A stretch of DNA of 59,114 nucleotides, filler included. It is 5 parts of 5 records of this genome, joined end to end, with 100 filler letters (N's around TTAATTAATTAA, not from the genome) between each part and the next. Parts side by side here need not be neighbours in the genome. Positions count along the whole stretch, not along the records: positions 32,031 to 39,394 come from DRR723986_9884; positions 39,495 to 47,276 come from DRR723986_9893; 3 more parts are not named here. The stretch is one strand, 5' to 3'. Positions 32,535-43,289 of the stretch are shown here, piece after piece (the first letter of the stretch is position 1; the number at the start of each line of letters is the position of its first letter). The position numbers were made by a program, and so were the translations under genes. The notes below the pieces were generated by a model that was not told the origin of the DNA, did not search any database, and saw only the letters and a program-made list of their open reading frames with translations.

Positions 32535-32612
32535 TTTGGCGTCCTTTTGCTTGCTCGGCGGTTTAACACGCGCGGCGCTAAGGTCAATGGAACCAAGCCG
32601 TTTGCGCGCAGA

Positions 32613-33767
32613 TCACACCCGGTTTGGGTCTGATCCAGTCAAACGCGCGTGATCCTGCAGGGCAAACCGGTCCGTCATCCCGGCGATGTAATCCGAAACG
32701 ATGCGCGCCAAAGCGGTTTCACAACGCGCCGCCTCAATGTCCCCATGCCAGCGATCTGGCATTTGTTTGGGGTCATTCAGATAAATCGGAAACAAATCTT
32801 CGACAACTTTGGACACCTCGGCCCGCACCACCATCACCGGCGCGGCGCGGTACATGCGCGTAAACAGAAAGACTCGAATTTCCTTCAGCTGCGCCCAAAC
32901 CTGAGGTGAAAATTGAACGACAGAATACCCCAGATTTCGTACATCTTCGACGCTTTGCGCCCCCGACCCCGCCAACAAGCCCTGAGCGGTCTGAATGACA
33001 TCCGACACCATAACGCCAAACACCCGGCGCAGCGCCTCGTGACGGCGGCGGTTTTCGTCAATCCCCGGATACAAGCGATCCACCTCGGCATAAGCCGGGC
33101 CGACAATCGGCAATTCTGCCACCTCTGCATCGCTGAACAGGCCCGCCCGTAACCCGTCATGCAGATCGTGATTGTTGTAGGCGATGTCATCCGCCAAAGC
33201 CGCCACCTGCGCTTCTGCGCTGGCATGGGTGTGCAGCTCCAAATCCAGAGCAGCGTTGCATTCAGCCAAGGCCCACGGCAGATCGCCCACAACAGGGCCA
33301 TTGTGTTTCGCGATGGCTTCCAGCGTTTCCCACGTCAGGTTCAACCCATCAAACTCGGCATAGTGGCGCTCTAGAGAAGTCACAATACGGATCGCCTGTG
33401 CGTTGTGATCAAACCCACCATACGGGGCCATCAGCGCATGCAATGCATCCTCGCCCGTGTGTCCGAACGGGGTATGACCCAGATCATGCGCCAGTGCGAC
33501 CGCCTCGGTCAGTTCGACATTCAGCCCCAGCGCTCCGGCAATCGTACGCGCCACCTGCGCCACTTCGATGGAATGGGTCAGGCGGGTGCGATAATTATCG
33601 CCCTCATGTTCCACAAAAACTTGCGTTTTGTGTTTCAACCGGCGAAACGCGCTGGCGTGTATGATCCGATCCCGATCCCGCTGAAAGCAGGAACGAAAAC
33701 TACTCTCTTCCTCCGGTACGAGCCGTCCTCTGGCACGTGCGGGATCCGAGGCAAAGGCCGCTCTCAT
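32613..33767 (-). CDS. dgt: Deoxyguanosinetriphosphate triphosphohydrolase
   Basis: FQRDRDRIIH, KTQVF, RTRLTHS, HDLGH and DYIAGMTD motifs. Confidence 0.95.
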   Translation of the reverse strand: MRAAFASDPARARGRLVPEEESSFRSCFQRDRDRIIHASAFRRLKHKTQVFVEHEGDNYRTRLTHSIEVAQVARTIAGALGLNVELTEAVALAHDLGHTPFGHTGEDALHALMAPYGGFDHNAQAIRIVTSLERHYAEFDGLNLTWETLEAIAKHNGPVVGDLPWALAECNAALDLELHTHASAEAQVAALADDIAYNNHDLHDGLRAGLFSDAEVAELPIVGPAYAEVDRLYPGIDENRRRHEALRRVFGVMVSDVIQTAQGLLAGSGAQSVEDVRNLGYSVVQFSPQVWAQLKEIRVFLFTRMYRAAPVMVVRAEVSKVVEDLFPIYLNDPKQMPDRWHGDIEAARCETALARIVSDYIAGMTDRFALQDHARLTGSDPNRV

Positions 33768-33843
33768 GAGGTCTGTCCTTGTCGCCTGTCCTTGCACTTT
33801 CTATATTGTACATCGAAGCACAAAGAAACATTGGAGTTCCGCC

Positions 33844-34167
33844 GTGAACCTGCCCCCCAAAGTCACCGACCGCGCGTTCGAACGCTTGGCCGAAATTGGT
33901 GCCGCCGATCAGGGCCAAGCCCTGCGCGTTGCCGTCGAGGGCGGCGGTTGTTCTGGCTTCCAATATGAAATCGCATTGGACGCCCCGGCAGCCGATGATC
34001 TGATCCTCGAAGGTCAGGGCCAACAGGTCGTCGTCGACACCGTATCCCTGCCGTTTCTGGAAAATGCCGTGATTGATTTCACCGAAGAATTGATCGGCGC
34101 GCGCTTTGTGATCGAAAACCCCAATGCCACCTCTTCTTGCGGCTGCGGCACGTCTTTCTCGATGTAG
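33844..34167 (+). CDS. HesB/IscA (ErpA-like) Fe-S carrier
   Basis: GGGCSGFQY and CGCGTSF motifs; GTG start with GGAG SD. Confidence 0.93.
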   Translation: MNLPPKVTDRAFERLAEIGAADQGQALRVAVEGGGCSGFQYEIALDAPAADDLILEGQGQQVVVDTVSLPFLENAVIDFTEELIGARFVIENPNATSSCGCGTSFSM

Positions 34168-34240
34168 GTGCCCCTGCGCCTTGCCCCCTGACGCAAGTTG
34201 GGGGATACATCGTCGGGCGTGCTAATCCGGGGACACCGCC

Positions 34241-35044
34241 ATGAAAATTGCCACCTTCAACATCAACGGTATCAAGGCGCGTGCGCAGGCTCTGCCGGCT
34301 TGGCTGGATACAGCCCAGCCGGATGTAGTCTTGCTGCAGGAAATCAAATCCGTCGACGAAGGGTTCCCCCGCGAGCTGTTCGAAGAACGCGGCTATAGCG
34401 TCGAAACACACGGCCAAAAGGGCTTCAATGGCGTCGCCATTCTGTCCAAGCTGCCATTGGAAGACGTGCGTCGTGGCCTGCCCGGTGATGACAGCGACGA
34501 ACAGGCGCGCTGGATCGAAGCGACAGTGATAGGTGAACAGGCGCTGCGAGTCTGCGGGCTCTATCTGCCCAACGGGAACCCGGTGGAACTGATCGATGGC
34601 AAACCCGTTGAGGGTGGAAAATACGACTACAAACTTAAATGGATGGAGCGTCTTTACGCCCGTGCGCAAGAGTTGATGGCAGCCGAAGAGCCTGCCCTGA
34701 TGGCGGGCGACTACAACATCATCCCGCAAGCCGAAGACGCCAAACGCCCCGATGCATGGCGCGAGGATGCGCTGTTCCGCCCTGAAAGCCGGGCCGCCTT
34801 TCAACGCATCGTGAACCTTGGCTTTACCGAAGCTTTCCGCGCCCGCACCCAAGGCCCCGGTCACTACTCATTCTGGGACTATCAAGCCGGGGCTTGGAAC
34901 AAGAACGATGGCATCCGAATCGATCATTTCCTGCTCACCCCGCAGGCGGCTGACTTGTTGACCGAGTGTAAAATCGATTCTGAAATTCGCGGATATGAAA
35001 AGCCATCCGATCACGTGCCGGTCTGGATTGATCTCACCCTCTGA
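34241..35044 (+). CDS. xth: Exodeoxyribonuclease III
   Basis: TFNINGI, LQEIK, YLPNGN, GDYN, RIDH and SDHVP motifs. Confidence 0.96.
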   Translation: MKIATFNINGIKARAQALPAWLDTAQPDVVLLQEIKSVDEGFPRELFEERGYSVETHGQKGFNGVAILSKLPLEDVRRGLPGDDSDEQARWIEATVIGEQALRVCGLYLPNGNPVELIDGKPVEGGKYDYKLKWMERLYARAQELMAAEEPALMAGDYNIIPQAEDAKRPDAWREDALFRPESRAAFQRIVNLGFTEAFRARTQGPGHYSFWDYQAGAWNKNDGIRIDHFLLTPQAADLLTECKIDSEIRGYEKPSDHVPVWIDLTL

Positions 35045-36223
35045 TCAATCCGACCCAGCGGTCACATCATAGCCATACAGCCAATCAAACTGACGGACCA
35101 TGCGTTCTGGTGCGACAGCCCCGCCCAAGCGTAAAGCCATATGTGCCAATGCACGCACTGGTGGAAAGCTCAGATGGTATTTCCACGCATTGCCGTTTGC
35201 GGCCTCGATCACCCGACTGGCCCGTTGATGACGACGGGCCTGATACTGCGCCAAACCCGTTTCGATATCCGGTTGCGTGGTCAATGAGTCGGCCAAAACC
35301 CAAGCATCTTCAAACGCCATGTTCGCGCCCTGCGCCATAAAAGGCAGCGTTGGGTGAGCAGCGTCACCCAAGATGGCCAGACGCCCCTGCTGCCAGACAT
35401 CCGCCACCGGATGACGGAACAATCCCCACTGGCGTACATCGTCGACCTGATCCAACAACGCCCGCGCAACGCCCTGAAACCCAGAAAAAGCCCGGCGCAG
35501 GTTTTCCGGATCATCGGCGTGATGCCACCCTTCGGCAGCCCATTCCGCCTTTTCCTGAACGGCCACGATGTTCACAACTGATCCGCCCCGCAGCGGGTAA
35601 CACACCAAGTGCCGCCCCGGCCCCATGAACACATTTGCCTCATTCGGTAAGTTCACTGTGTTTGGGACAATCGTACGCCAGGCCACCTGTCCGGTGAAAA
35701 ACGGCGCGTCTGTTCCGTTCAGTGCGGCCCGTGTCGGGGAATGCAATCCATCCGCCCCAATGATCAAATCCGCCTGCACATGCGCACCATTGGCCAAATG
35801 CAGCACCGGCTTGGGGCCATTTTCGACCCGCTCCACCTTTTGCAACAACCGCACATGCACACCAGCCGCGCGCACCGCACTGGCCAAGACATCAATCAGA
35901 TCCGCGCGATGAACAAAGGAAAACACCTGCTCTGTCGCGTATTTCGCAAGATCGAGCCGCAACACCTCAGCCTCACGCTGGTAATCGCGCAAAACAACAG
36001 ACTGCGCCTGCACCGAGACCTGATCAAATGCGGCGTCCAAGCCAAGCGCCTTTAGAACGACCCGCCCATTGGGGCTGATCTGTAGTCCAGCCCCGACCTC
36101 GGTGATCGCCTCGGCCTGTTCGAAAACCGTGACATCCGCCCCGCGTGCCCGCAGCGCCAAAGCCGCAGTAAGGCCACCAATTCCGGCGCCGACAACGATG
36201 ATTTTTTGATCCTGTAGTTCCAT
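35045..36223 (-). CDS. FAD-dependent monooxygenase (salicylate hydroxylase-like)
   Basis: GAGIGG, GADG and GDAAHPTLPFMAQGA motifs. Confidence 0.92.
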   Translation of the reverse strand: MELQDQKIIVVGAGIGGLTAALALRARGADVTVFEQAEAITEVGAGLQISPNGRVVLKALGLDAAFDQVSVQAQSVVLRDYQREAEVLRLDLAKYATEQVFSFVHRADLIDVLASAVRAAGVHVRLLQKVERVENGPKPVLHLANGAHVQADLIIGADGLHSPTRAALNGTDAPFFTGQVAWRTIVPNTVNLPNEANVFMGPGRHLVCYPLRGGSVVNIVAVQEKAEWAAEGWHHADDPENLRRAFSGFQGVARALLDQVDDVRQWGLFRHPVADVWQQGRLAILGDAAHPTLPFMAQGANMAFEDAWVLADSLTTQPDIETGLAQYQARRHQRASRVIEAANGNAWKYHLSFPPVRALAHMALRLGGAVAPERMVRQFDWLYGYDVTAGSD

Positions 36224-36237
36224 ACATCCCCTTTAAC

Positions 36238-36274
36238 GCAAAAACGCCGAGGCAACAGGCCCCGGCGTTTTTGC
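36238..36274. terminator. Intrinsic terminator downstream of dksA
   Basis: GCAAAAACGCCG...CGGCGTTTTTGC hairpin with A/T tracts. Confidence 0.75.
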
Positions 36275-36298
36275 ATTTTGTCGCGGCGTAGAACCGTC

Positions 36299-36775
36299 TT
36301 AGTCGTCGCGGTGCACTTTTTCGCGGCGCTCGTGCCGTTCCTGCGCTTCCAAACTCATGGTCGCAATTGGGCGGGCATCCAGACGCTTTAGCGAAATGGG
36401 TTCGCCGGTCACATCACAATATCCGTATTCCCCTTCGTCAATTCGACGCAGCGCCGAGTCGATTTTGGCAACAAGCTTGCGCTGGCGGTCCCGGGTGCGC
36501 AATTCCAGCGCACGATCCGTTTCTTCGCTAGCACGATCTGCGACGTCCGGGATATTACGTGTCCCGTCCTGCAAACCTTCGATGGTGTCGCGACTTCCCT
36601 CAAGAAGTTCATTTTTCCAATTCGTGAGCTTGCGGCGAAAATATTCAACCTGTCGCTCATTCATAAACGGCTCACTTTCAACAGGACGATAGTCGTCCGG
36701 CAGAATAGTTTCCTGCTTCATATTGGCTCCCTCGGTATGGCCAGCAACGTCCGTCATCTCAATTTCTCCAGACAT
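36299..36775 (-). CDS. dksA: RNA polymerase-binding protein DksA (alternative start at 36721)
   Basis: DVADRASEE, RDRQRKL and YGYCDVTGEPI...RLDARP motifs. Confidence 0.96.
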   Translation of the reverse strand: MSGEIEMTDVAGHTEGANMKQETILPDDYRPVESEPFMNERQVEYFRRKLTNWKNELLEGSRDTIEGLQDGTRNIPDVADRASEETDRALELRTRDRQRKLVAKIDSALRRIDEGEYGYCDVTGEPISLKRLDARPIATMSLEAQERHERREKVHRDD

Positions 36776-37238
36776 TTGGCTCCCCCTTCTGCCGCAGCAT
36801 TTATCCGACCAATTCCCGATTGTCACTACACAAAGCCTCTAGCAAGCTGTCGCAACAAGTTTCAAGTTGATAGCTCCCAGACATTGCAAGGAACACTTTG
36901 ATTTTGTGTACTGTTTCCTTCACTTTCGAGGACCCGGGTTAAAATGACGTAACGGCACCATTCCGCATACCCCAGCGCTGAAACAGACTGTTTTCAACCC
37001 TGAGTCTCTCTCGGTGTTCGTATTCTGCCCCAATACGACTTGAAAGCGCTTTCATTTCCACTCTCTCATGCATCCACTCTGCTCACACCCCGGCCAAAGC
37101 ACATCATCCGGTTGGCGCGCACCGTTTCTAATCCCGACGCAGCGGCGCACCTTGTCAAAAACGTGTCATCCATTTACCCCCTGTCCCCAACGCGCCTATC
37201 CGGCGCATCGCACATATGAACAAGATGAGGGCCAGTTA

Positions 37239-38084
37239 ATGACCGCACGTTTCCAGGGCACCGCCGATTACGTGGCAACCGATGATCTCACCATTGCGGT
37301 TAATGCCGCCGTCACGCTGGAACGGCCGTTGCTCGTCAAAGGTGAACCCGGCACTGGGAAAACCGAATTGGCCAAACAGGTCGCCAGCGCCCTTGGGTTG
37401 CGGATGATCGAATGGAACATCAAATCCACTACGCGCGCCCAGCAAGGCTTGTATGAATATGATGCCGTCAGCCGGTTGCGCGACAGCCAGTTGGGTGACG
37501 AGCGCGTCAATGACGTGGCCAACTACATCAAAAAGGGCAAGCTCTGGCAGGCCTTCGAAGCCGGCGAGAAAGTTGTCCTGCTGATTGACGAAATCGACAA
37601 GGCAGACATCGAATTCCCCAATGACCTGCTGCAGGAACTCGATAAGATGGAGTTCCACGTCTATGAGACCGGCGAAACCATCAAGGCCCGCCAACGCCCA
37701 ATCGTCATCATCACCTCGAACAATGAAAAAGAACTGCCCGACGCCTTCCTGCGCCGTTGCTTCTTTCATTATATCCGTTTCCCTGACGACCAAACGATGC
37801 GAAAAATCGTCGAAGTCCACCATCCCGGCATCAAAGAGGCGCTGCTCACCACCGCCCTGACCCAGTTTTATGAGATCCGTGAAACCTCCGGCCTCAAGAA
37901 AAAGCCATCTACTTCTGAGGTGCTGGATTGGCTCAAGCTGTTGCTGGCCGAAGATCTGACAGCGGACGATCTGAAAACAAATGGCAAGAACGCCTTGCCC
38001 AAATTACACGGCGCCCTGCTGAAGAATGAGCAAGATGTGCACCTGTTTGAACGTCTCGCCTTTATGGCACGTGGCCAACGCTGA
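37239..38084 (+). CDS. MoxR-family AAA+ ATPase
   Basis: GEPGTGKT, LLIDEIDKAD and ITSNNEKELPDAFLRRC motifs. Confidence 0.93.
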   Translation: MTARFQGTADYVATDDLTIAVNAAVTLERPLLVKGEPGTGKTELAKQVASALGLRMIEWNIKSTTRAQQGLYEYDAVSRLRDSQLGDERVNDVANYIKKGKLWQAFEAGEKVVLLIDEIDKADIEFPNDLLQELDKMEFHVYETGETIKARQRPIVIITSNNEKELPDAFLRRCFFHYIRFPDDQTMRKIVEVHHPGIKEALLTTALTQFYEIRETSGLKKKPSTSEVLDWLKLLLAEDLTADDLKTNGKNALPKLHGALLKNEQDVHLFERLAFMARGQR

Positions 38085-38118
38085 TCGCTGAATACCCTGC
38101 GTTTCATGCAATATCCCC

Positions 38119-38149
38119 AAAAAGGCAGAGAAAATTCTCTGCCTTTTTT
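38119..38149 (+). terminator. Intrinsic terminator
   Basis: AAAAAGGCAGAG-AAAATT-CTCTGCCTTTTTT after the MoxR stop. Confidence 0.85.
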
Positions 38150-38271
38150 CGTTGTAAAACAAAGACGCGTGATCCCTTGCCTTGGCAACGCCAGAATGCC
38201 ACCATAAAACGGCCGCGAACGATCCGCAAAAGTAGCAGATTGAGACCTTTTACCGATTTAGGATTTTTCCC

Positions 38272-38721
38272 GTGACCGATGCTCTGACTGTACGAGACTT
38301 GCGGACCACAGATCGCGCCGCTTGGGCCGAGATGTGGACGGATTACCTAGCGTTTTACAAAACTTCTGTTCCCGACGCCGTATATAACACCACATTTGAC
38401 CGCCTGATCGGTGACGATCCTCAGGATTTTTCCTGCCTGGTGGCGGAAAAAGACGGCACCCTTGTGGGACTCACCCATTTTCTGTTCCACCGTCACGCTT
38501 GGAAAGTCGAAAATACCTGTTACCTGCAGGACCTCTATGCCCGCCCCGAAACGCGCGGCACCGGCGTGGGTCGGGCCCTCATTCAGGCGGTTTATGACAC
38601 CGCAGACAAGAAAGACTGCCCCTCAGTGTATTGGCTGACCCAAGATTTCAACGAAACAGCACGCAAGCTGTATGACCGCATCGGCAAACAGACGCCCTTT
38701 ATTCGGTATCAGCGCCCATGA
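38272..38721 (+). CDS. GNAT family N-acetyltransferase
   Basis: YLQDLY, RGTGVGRALI and NETARKLYD motifs. Confidence 0.9.
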   Translation: MTDALTVRDLRTTDRAAWAEMWTDYLAFYKTSVPDAVYNTTFDRLIGDDPQDFSCLVAEKDGTLVGLTHFLFHRHAWKVENTCYLQDLYARPETRGTGVGRALIQAVYDTADKKDCPSVYWLTQDFNETARKLYDRIGKQTPFIRYQRP

Positions 38722-39394
38722 TCCGTCGCGCCGCCCTTATTTTGGGTCTTGCAGCCGCTGGCTGTAACACCGTCCCGCTCGAGGATCCGCCGACGCGGGC
38801 GCAAATTTCGGAGAGCACGCTGCCCCCGATGAAATCCTTTTCCACGCCCAGCCCCTCACGGCCGGTGCGCTCCAACGCCAATATCGCAGCCGATTTCCTG
38901 TCGCTTCATTTTGAACTGGAAAGCGGGCGCGCCCTGCCCGTGTTCACCCGGTTCGAGGCCCCGATCAGTGTGCGCGTTACTGGATCACCGCCCCCCAACT
39001 TGCAAAGCGACCTCACGCGGCTTATCGCACGGTTACGACGCGAAGCCGGGATCGACATCCAACAGGTCAGCGGCGGACAAGCCCGCATCACCATCGAAGC
39101 CGTCAGCCGTGATGACATCCGCGAGGCCCTGCCCCAAGCAGCGTGTTTCGTTGTTCCCAATGTCTCCAGCCTTGCTGAATTCCGACGCGACCGACGCAAG
39201 CCTAAAACAAACTGGTCTCTGCTGCGCGAACGCGAACGGTTGGGCATCTTCCTGCCTTATGACGCCAGCCCGCAAGAAGTGCGAGATTGCCTGCACGAAG
39301 AACTCGCTCAGGCCATTGGTCCCCTAAACGATCTCTACCGTCTTCCGGATTCGGTATTTAACGATGACAACGTGCATACGGTTCTGACCGGTTT
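38718..39394 (+). CDS. DUF2927-like lipoprotein, 5' part
   Basis: Lipobox AAGC; CLHEELAQAIG and SVFNDD motifs. Confidence 0.8.
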
Positions 39395-39494
39395 NNNNNN
39401 NNNNNNNNNNNNNNNNNNNNNNNNNNNNNNNNNNNNNNTTAATTAATTAANNNNNNNNNNNNNNNNNNNNNNNNNNNNNNNNNNNNNNNNNNNN
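39395..39494. other. Artificial contig spacer
   Basis: Same 100-nt linker. Confidence 0.99.
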
Positions 39495-40007
39495 AACCCG
39501 ATCGAACAAGAGGGCACCTACCCCTTGCCCGAAGCGCAAAGGGACAGGTTCCTCTTTCAGATTCAGGTCGACTACCCAGATCGCAATGATGAGTCTGAGA
39601 TCATTGACCGAACGACGGTTGACCTGGAGCCGAACGTCGAACGGATTGTCAAAGGGGACGAGATCATCCACTTCCAACGTCTTGTTCGACGTGTGCCACT
39701 CCCGCAGCAAGTCAAGCATCGTGTGCTGGATCTTGTGCGCAAGCTTCGCCCCGGCCCCGATGCAAGCGAGTGGGTTGGCGAGATGGTGGAGTGGGGACCT
39801 GGACCGCGAGCTGGTCAGCAGCTAGTGCTAGCCGCCAAGGCTCGAGCTCTGCTTGCCGGACGGTACCACGTTACTACAGACGATATACATGCATTGGCTG
39901 AACCTGTTTTGCGGCATCGTATCGTGCCATCATTCCTAGCCGAGGCTGAAGGGATTGCGGCCGTCGATATCGTCCGACGGCTCTCCAGTGAACTCCAGGA
40001 CGAGTAG
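39495..40007 (+). CDS. MoxR-family ATPase, 3' part
   Basis: Contig begins [26 protein letters not shown] and VLRHRI motifs. Confidence 0.93.
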   Translation, partial: NPIEQEGTYPLPEAQRDRFLFQIQVDYPDRNDESEIIDRTTVDLEPNVERIVKGDEIIHFQRLVRRVPLPQQVKHRVLDLVRKLRPGPDASEWVGEMVEWGPGPRAGQQLVLAAKARALLAGRYHVTTDDIHALAEPVLRHRIVPSFLAEAEGIAAVDIVRRLSSELQDE

Positions 40008-40013
40008 ATCGTC

Positions 40014-41012
40014 ATGATGCACCAAAGCGGAGGCTACCAAGAGCCGGCTGCCACGCCCGGGAGGCTCCTATCGGCTGAGCAGCGGAGGATGTTGGCGACG
40101 CTGCGACTCCAAGCAGCTCGTGCGGTTCGCGGGCTGTCTGCTGGAGCGCACCGGGCGCTCGGTCGCGGGACCAGTGTTGAATTCCGAGAGCATCGCCCCT
40201 ACGTTGCTGGCGACGAGCTGAGGCAGTTGGATTGGAAGCTGTACGGGAAGACAGATCGCTTATTCATTAAGCAGTACGATGACGAATCGGACTTGCAAGT
40301 GATGCTGCTCTTGGATCAAAGTGGATCGATGGCGTATCCCTACAATGCTGCGTCAGGGAAGTTCTCTGACGAAGCCAGCTCGCCGATGCAGCCCGTTGCT
40401 CCAAGGCAGTTCGCGTCCTCGGTCAGCAAGCATCGTTTCGCACAGACGATGGCCGCTTCGTTGGCAACCCTATGTGTGCAGCAGCAAGATCGTGTTGGGT
40501 TGTTGACGTTTGATTCCGAAGTGGCAGCGGTGGTCGCACCCAAGTCGTCTCGCTCACATCTAGCGGCAGTCCTAGGCCAGTTGGTCCGTTCGCGCCCTAG
40601 TGGCGAAACCAGTCTGGCTGCGGCCCTGACCGGCGTAAGTAAGAAAATGCATCATCAACGCAGCACGGTCGTCGTCCTGTCTGATCTGTTCGAAGACGCC
40701 GCCAAGCTACTTAAGGCCGCAAGCAACATCGTTGCCCAAGGACATGAACTTATTTTGGTGCACGTCTTGCACGACGACGAAATTGACTTTCCTTTCGCAG
40801 AATTGCTGCGATTTGAAAACCTGGAAACTAGCGGTGAGTCGCGTACGGTCGATGCGGCGGCCATTGCAACCAGTTACCGCACCGCCGCGGAAGCTTTTTC
40901 TGCCAACATTGCAGCAGGCTGCCGCGACTTGCGCGCAAGCTACGTACCATGTCGTACGTCAGAGGATCCAATTCGGATCCTCAAGGCATTCTGCTCTCGA
41001 CGTCGAAGGTAA
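40014..41012 (+). CDS. DUF58 domain protein
   Basis: EFREHRPYVAGDELRQLDWK, LLDQSGSM and VLSDL; follows moxR. Confidence 0.92.
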   Translation: MMHQSGGYQEPAATPGRLLSAEQRRMLATLRLQAARAVRGLSAGAHRALGRGTSVEFREHRPYVAGDELRQLDWKLYGKTDRLFIKQYDDESDLQVMLLLDQSGSMAYPYNAASGKFSDEASSPMQPVAPRQFASSVSKHRFAQTMAASLATLCVQQQDRVGLLTFDSEVAAVVAPKSSRSHLAAVLGQLVRSRPSGETSLAAALTGVSKKMHHQRSTVVVLSDLFEDAAKLLKAASNIVAQGHELILVHVLHDDEIDFPFAELLRFENLETSGESRTVDAAAIATSYRTAAEAFSANIAAGCRDLRASYVPCRTSEDPIRILKAFCSRRRR

Positions 41013-41043
41013 GGCTCAAACGTCGCGTTCGCGAACCTATTCG

Positions 41044-42447
41044 CTACGTGGCGGATTCTTCGCCCGCGTCGGTCGGAGTCGACATGCTGTCCCAGAACGC
41101 AACTGCGAAGAGGACGCAAACGGCGGCAGCGAGGATGGCAGGATACATCCAGTAGTCCGCCCATGCGTTCATCGTTGGCTGGATGACGGTCTCGCGGTCG
41201 AGTGATTCCGGATACCCCTTGCTAAACATGTTTAACAGACTCTGAAGCGGCGACAGCGCTTCTCCGGTGCGAGCTTCCTTAATCGCCTCGGTCAGCTCAG
41301 CGCCGGGAGCGACACCATACTTTCCAATCTGTGTTGGCAACGGTTGGCCAATGAACGGCCAGTTGCCGCCAAATGCAAATCGGAAGCCAAAGAAAAGCCC
41401 AACGCCTTGGGTTAGGAATACGAGCAAGCTCTGCGCCTGGCCGCGAATTTCTTTCGGTGCTTTGTCATCGGTGTACATAAATCCGGTGACGAAGAAGAAG
41501 TCATAACAAATACCATGCAGCAGTACTCCCAGAAGGAGCATCCAAGCAACTTGGTCCGGCGCGCCGAATGCGAAGAGCAGGTAGCGCACAACCCAACTGG
41601 CCATGCCGACAAGCAACATGACTTTCACGCCAAGCTTGCGGAAGAAGAACGGGATCAACAGCATGAAGAAGATCTCGGACATCTGCCCGAGCGTCATCGT
41701 TGAGCCAGCCTCAGTAAAGCCCGCATCGCCCAGGTAGGATGACGTCTGGCCGTAGTAGTAACCCAGAGGGATGCAGATGAGTGTTGAGCAGATTGCGAAT
41801 ACTGCGAACCCAGGCGACTTCATCATGCGAAACGCATCAAGCATCAGCAGCGACCGAATGTCAAGCGGTTGCCCTTTCGCAGGAGGAGGTGTATCGGGCA
41901 AAGTGAAACAGTAGACACCGAGAACGATGCTGCTGATCGCACCCAGCCAAAAAATGTTGAGCGACGCTGACCAGCCTGCAAAGCCGAGTCCAAGTCCAGC
42001 AACGATCCAGCCGATGGTGCCCCAAACGCGAATCTTCGGGAAGTGCGATTGATCGGGGATGTGAGTGAAGGCAATCGTATTGCCCAAGCCAAGAGTTGGC
42101 ATGTAGCAGCACATATACGCAATCATCAGCCAGACCATCGTGCCGCCGTCTCCCGCCTCGGCGTATCCCGGCAGCAAGCACAAGATAATGCCGCCCAGAA
42201 TGAGCAGCACACCCATGACTTTTTCGGATGCGAAAAACCTATCGGCAATCAGCCCGAGAAAAAGCGGGGCAAAGATAGCCGCAATCGGAGCTGACTCGAA
42301 GGCACCGCCTTTGAAATCGGCCAAGCCGTGGCTGTCGAGCGCCAGTCCAAGGGTTGCAAACCACGACCCCCAAGCGAAGAACTGAAGGAACATCATGATT
42401 GACAGTCGTATCGTCATGGCAGACGAATTGACGCTAGAATCGTTCAT
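41044..42447 (-). CDS. MFS nucleoside:H+ symporter (NupG-like)
   Basis: MMFLQFFAWGSW, IRVWGTIGWI, GQMSE and HGICYDFFF motifs. Confidence 0.9.
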   Translation of the reverse strand: MNDSSVNSSAMTIRLSIMMFLQFFAWGSWFATLGLALDSHGLADFKGGAFESAPIAAIFAPLFLGLIADRFFASEKVMGVLLILGGIILCLLPGYAEAGDGGTMVWLMIAYMCCYMPTLGLGNTIAFTHIPDQSHFPKIRVWGTIGWIVAGLGLGFAGWSASLNIFWLGAISSIVLGVYCFTLPDTPPPAKGQPLDIRSLLMLDAFRMMKSPGFAVFAICSTLICIPLGYYYGQTSSYLGDAGFTEAGSTMTLGQMSEIFFMLLIPFFFRKLGVKVMLLVGMASWVVRYLLFAFGAPDQVAWMLLLGVLLHGICYDFFFVTGFMYTDDKAPKEIRGQAQSLLVFLTQGVGLFFGFRFAFGGNWPFIGQPLPTQIGKYGVAPGAELTEAIKEARTGEALSPLQSLLNMFSKGYPESLDRETVIQPTMNAWADYWMYPAILAAAVCVLFAVAFWDSMSTPTDAGEESAT

Positions 42448-42810
42448 AGCTATCTCAACGGCGATGGATTAAACGGACAGGGGCCGGTGGTCGGCGAAGT
42501 CTGCCCCAGGCAGAAGCACAAACCGAACACTTCGTGGCGCGTGCCAGATTCTAACATTACAATCGAGCCGAGGGTAACGCGGGGTTGCGCTTTTCAGGTC
42601 CAGACGCACTTGAGCGACACAAACGGGCGTCGACATGCAGGACGCTCTACCGGGCCTCGACCGTAGCAAGTGCCACAATTATGCGATTCGACGCCAAAAC
42701 GACTGGGTGTGGCTTATCGAATAGCGATAGTCAATCATTGTCGGCATGCCTAAGATGTCGGTAAGCTGTCGCGGCTGGGCGATCTAGCTCAGGCACCCCG
42801 CACGGATAAG

Positions 42811-42862
42811 CTGCAAGTGCACATCGCACGCGCACCCTGCAGTTGCACATCGCACGGGCACG
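42811..42862. repeat. Imperfect 26-bp tandem repeat (2 copies)
   Basis: CTGCAAGTGCACATCGCACGCGCACC / CTGCAGTTGCACATCGCACGGGCACG. Confidence 0.8.
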
Positions 42863-42926
42863 CTGAGTCAGAACTCGCGGTTAGCGAAATATTAGAGAAA
42901 CGCAATTACGTCCTATAGAGATAGAC

Positions 42927-43265
42927 ATGTCTGAAATCGTCGAAAAATACAACGCAGCGGAAAAACTGAAGGATGAAGGGAAGTACGACGAAGCGGTTGT
43001 GCTACTGAATGAAATCCTGGCCGTTGAACCTGAACATACGCTGACGCACCTAACACTTGGTCGCATCTACACACTTCAGCAGAAGTTTGAATTGGCCGTC
43101 GAGCACAGCCAGAAAGCTTGTGAGCTGGAGCCCAACGAGCCCTTCAACTTTACGGCTCTGAGCGTTACGCTGCAGCGAGTCTACGCCGGAACAGGCGATC
43201 AGTCGTACATTCAGAAAGCTGAAGACGCGATGGCTGAGTCGCGGCGTCTGGAATCGCTGAAGTAG
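42927..43265 (+). CDS. Small TPR protein
   Basis: TPR-like helices GKYDEAV...EPEH and LAVEHSQKACELEPNE. Confidence 0.8.
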   Translation: MSEIVEKYNAAEKLKDEGKYDEAVVLLNEILAVEPEHTLTHLTLGRIYTLQQKFELAVEHSQKACELEPNEPFNFTALSVTLQRVYAGTGDQSYIQKAEDAMAESRRLESLK

Positions 43266-43289
43266 TTCGTCGCCGAAGGGCAAGATTCA

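Noticed and set aside
32613-33767. dGTPase as an antiphage gene
   Set aside because: Sits in the housekeeping argS-dgt-erpA-xth context.
37239-40007. Two MoxR genes as one cluster
   Set aside because: Different subfamilies on different contigs.
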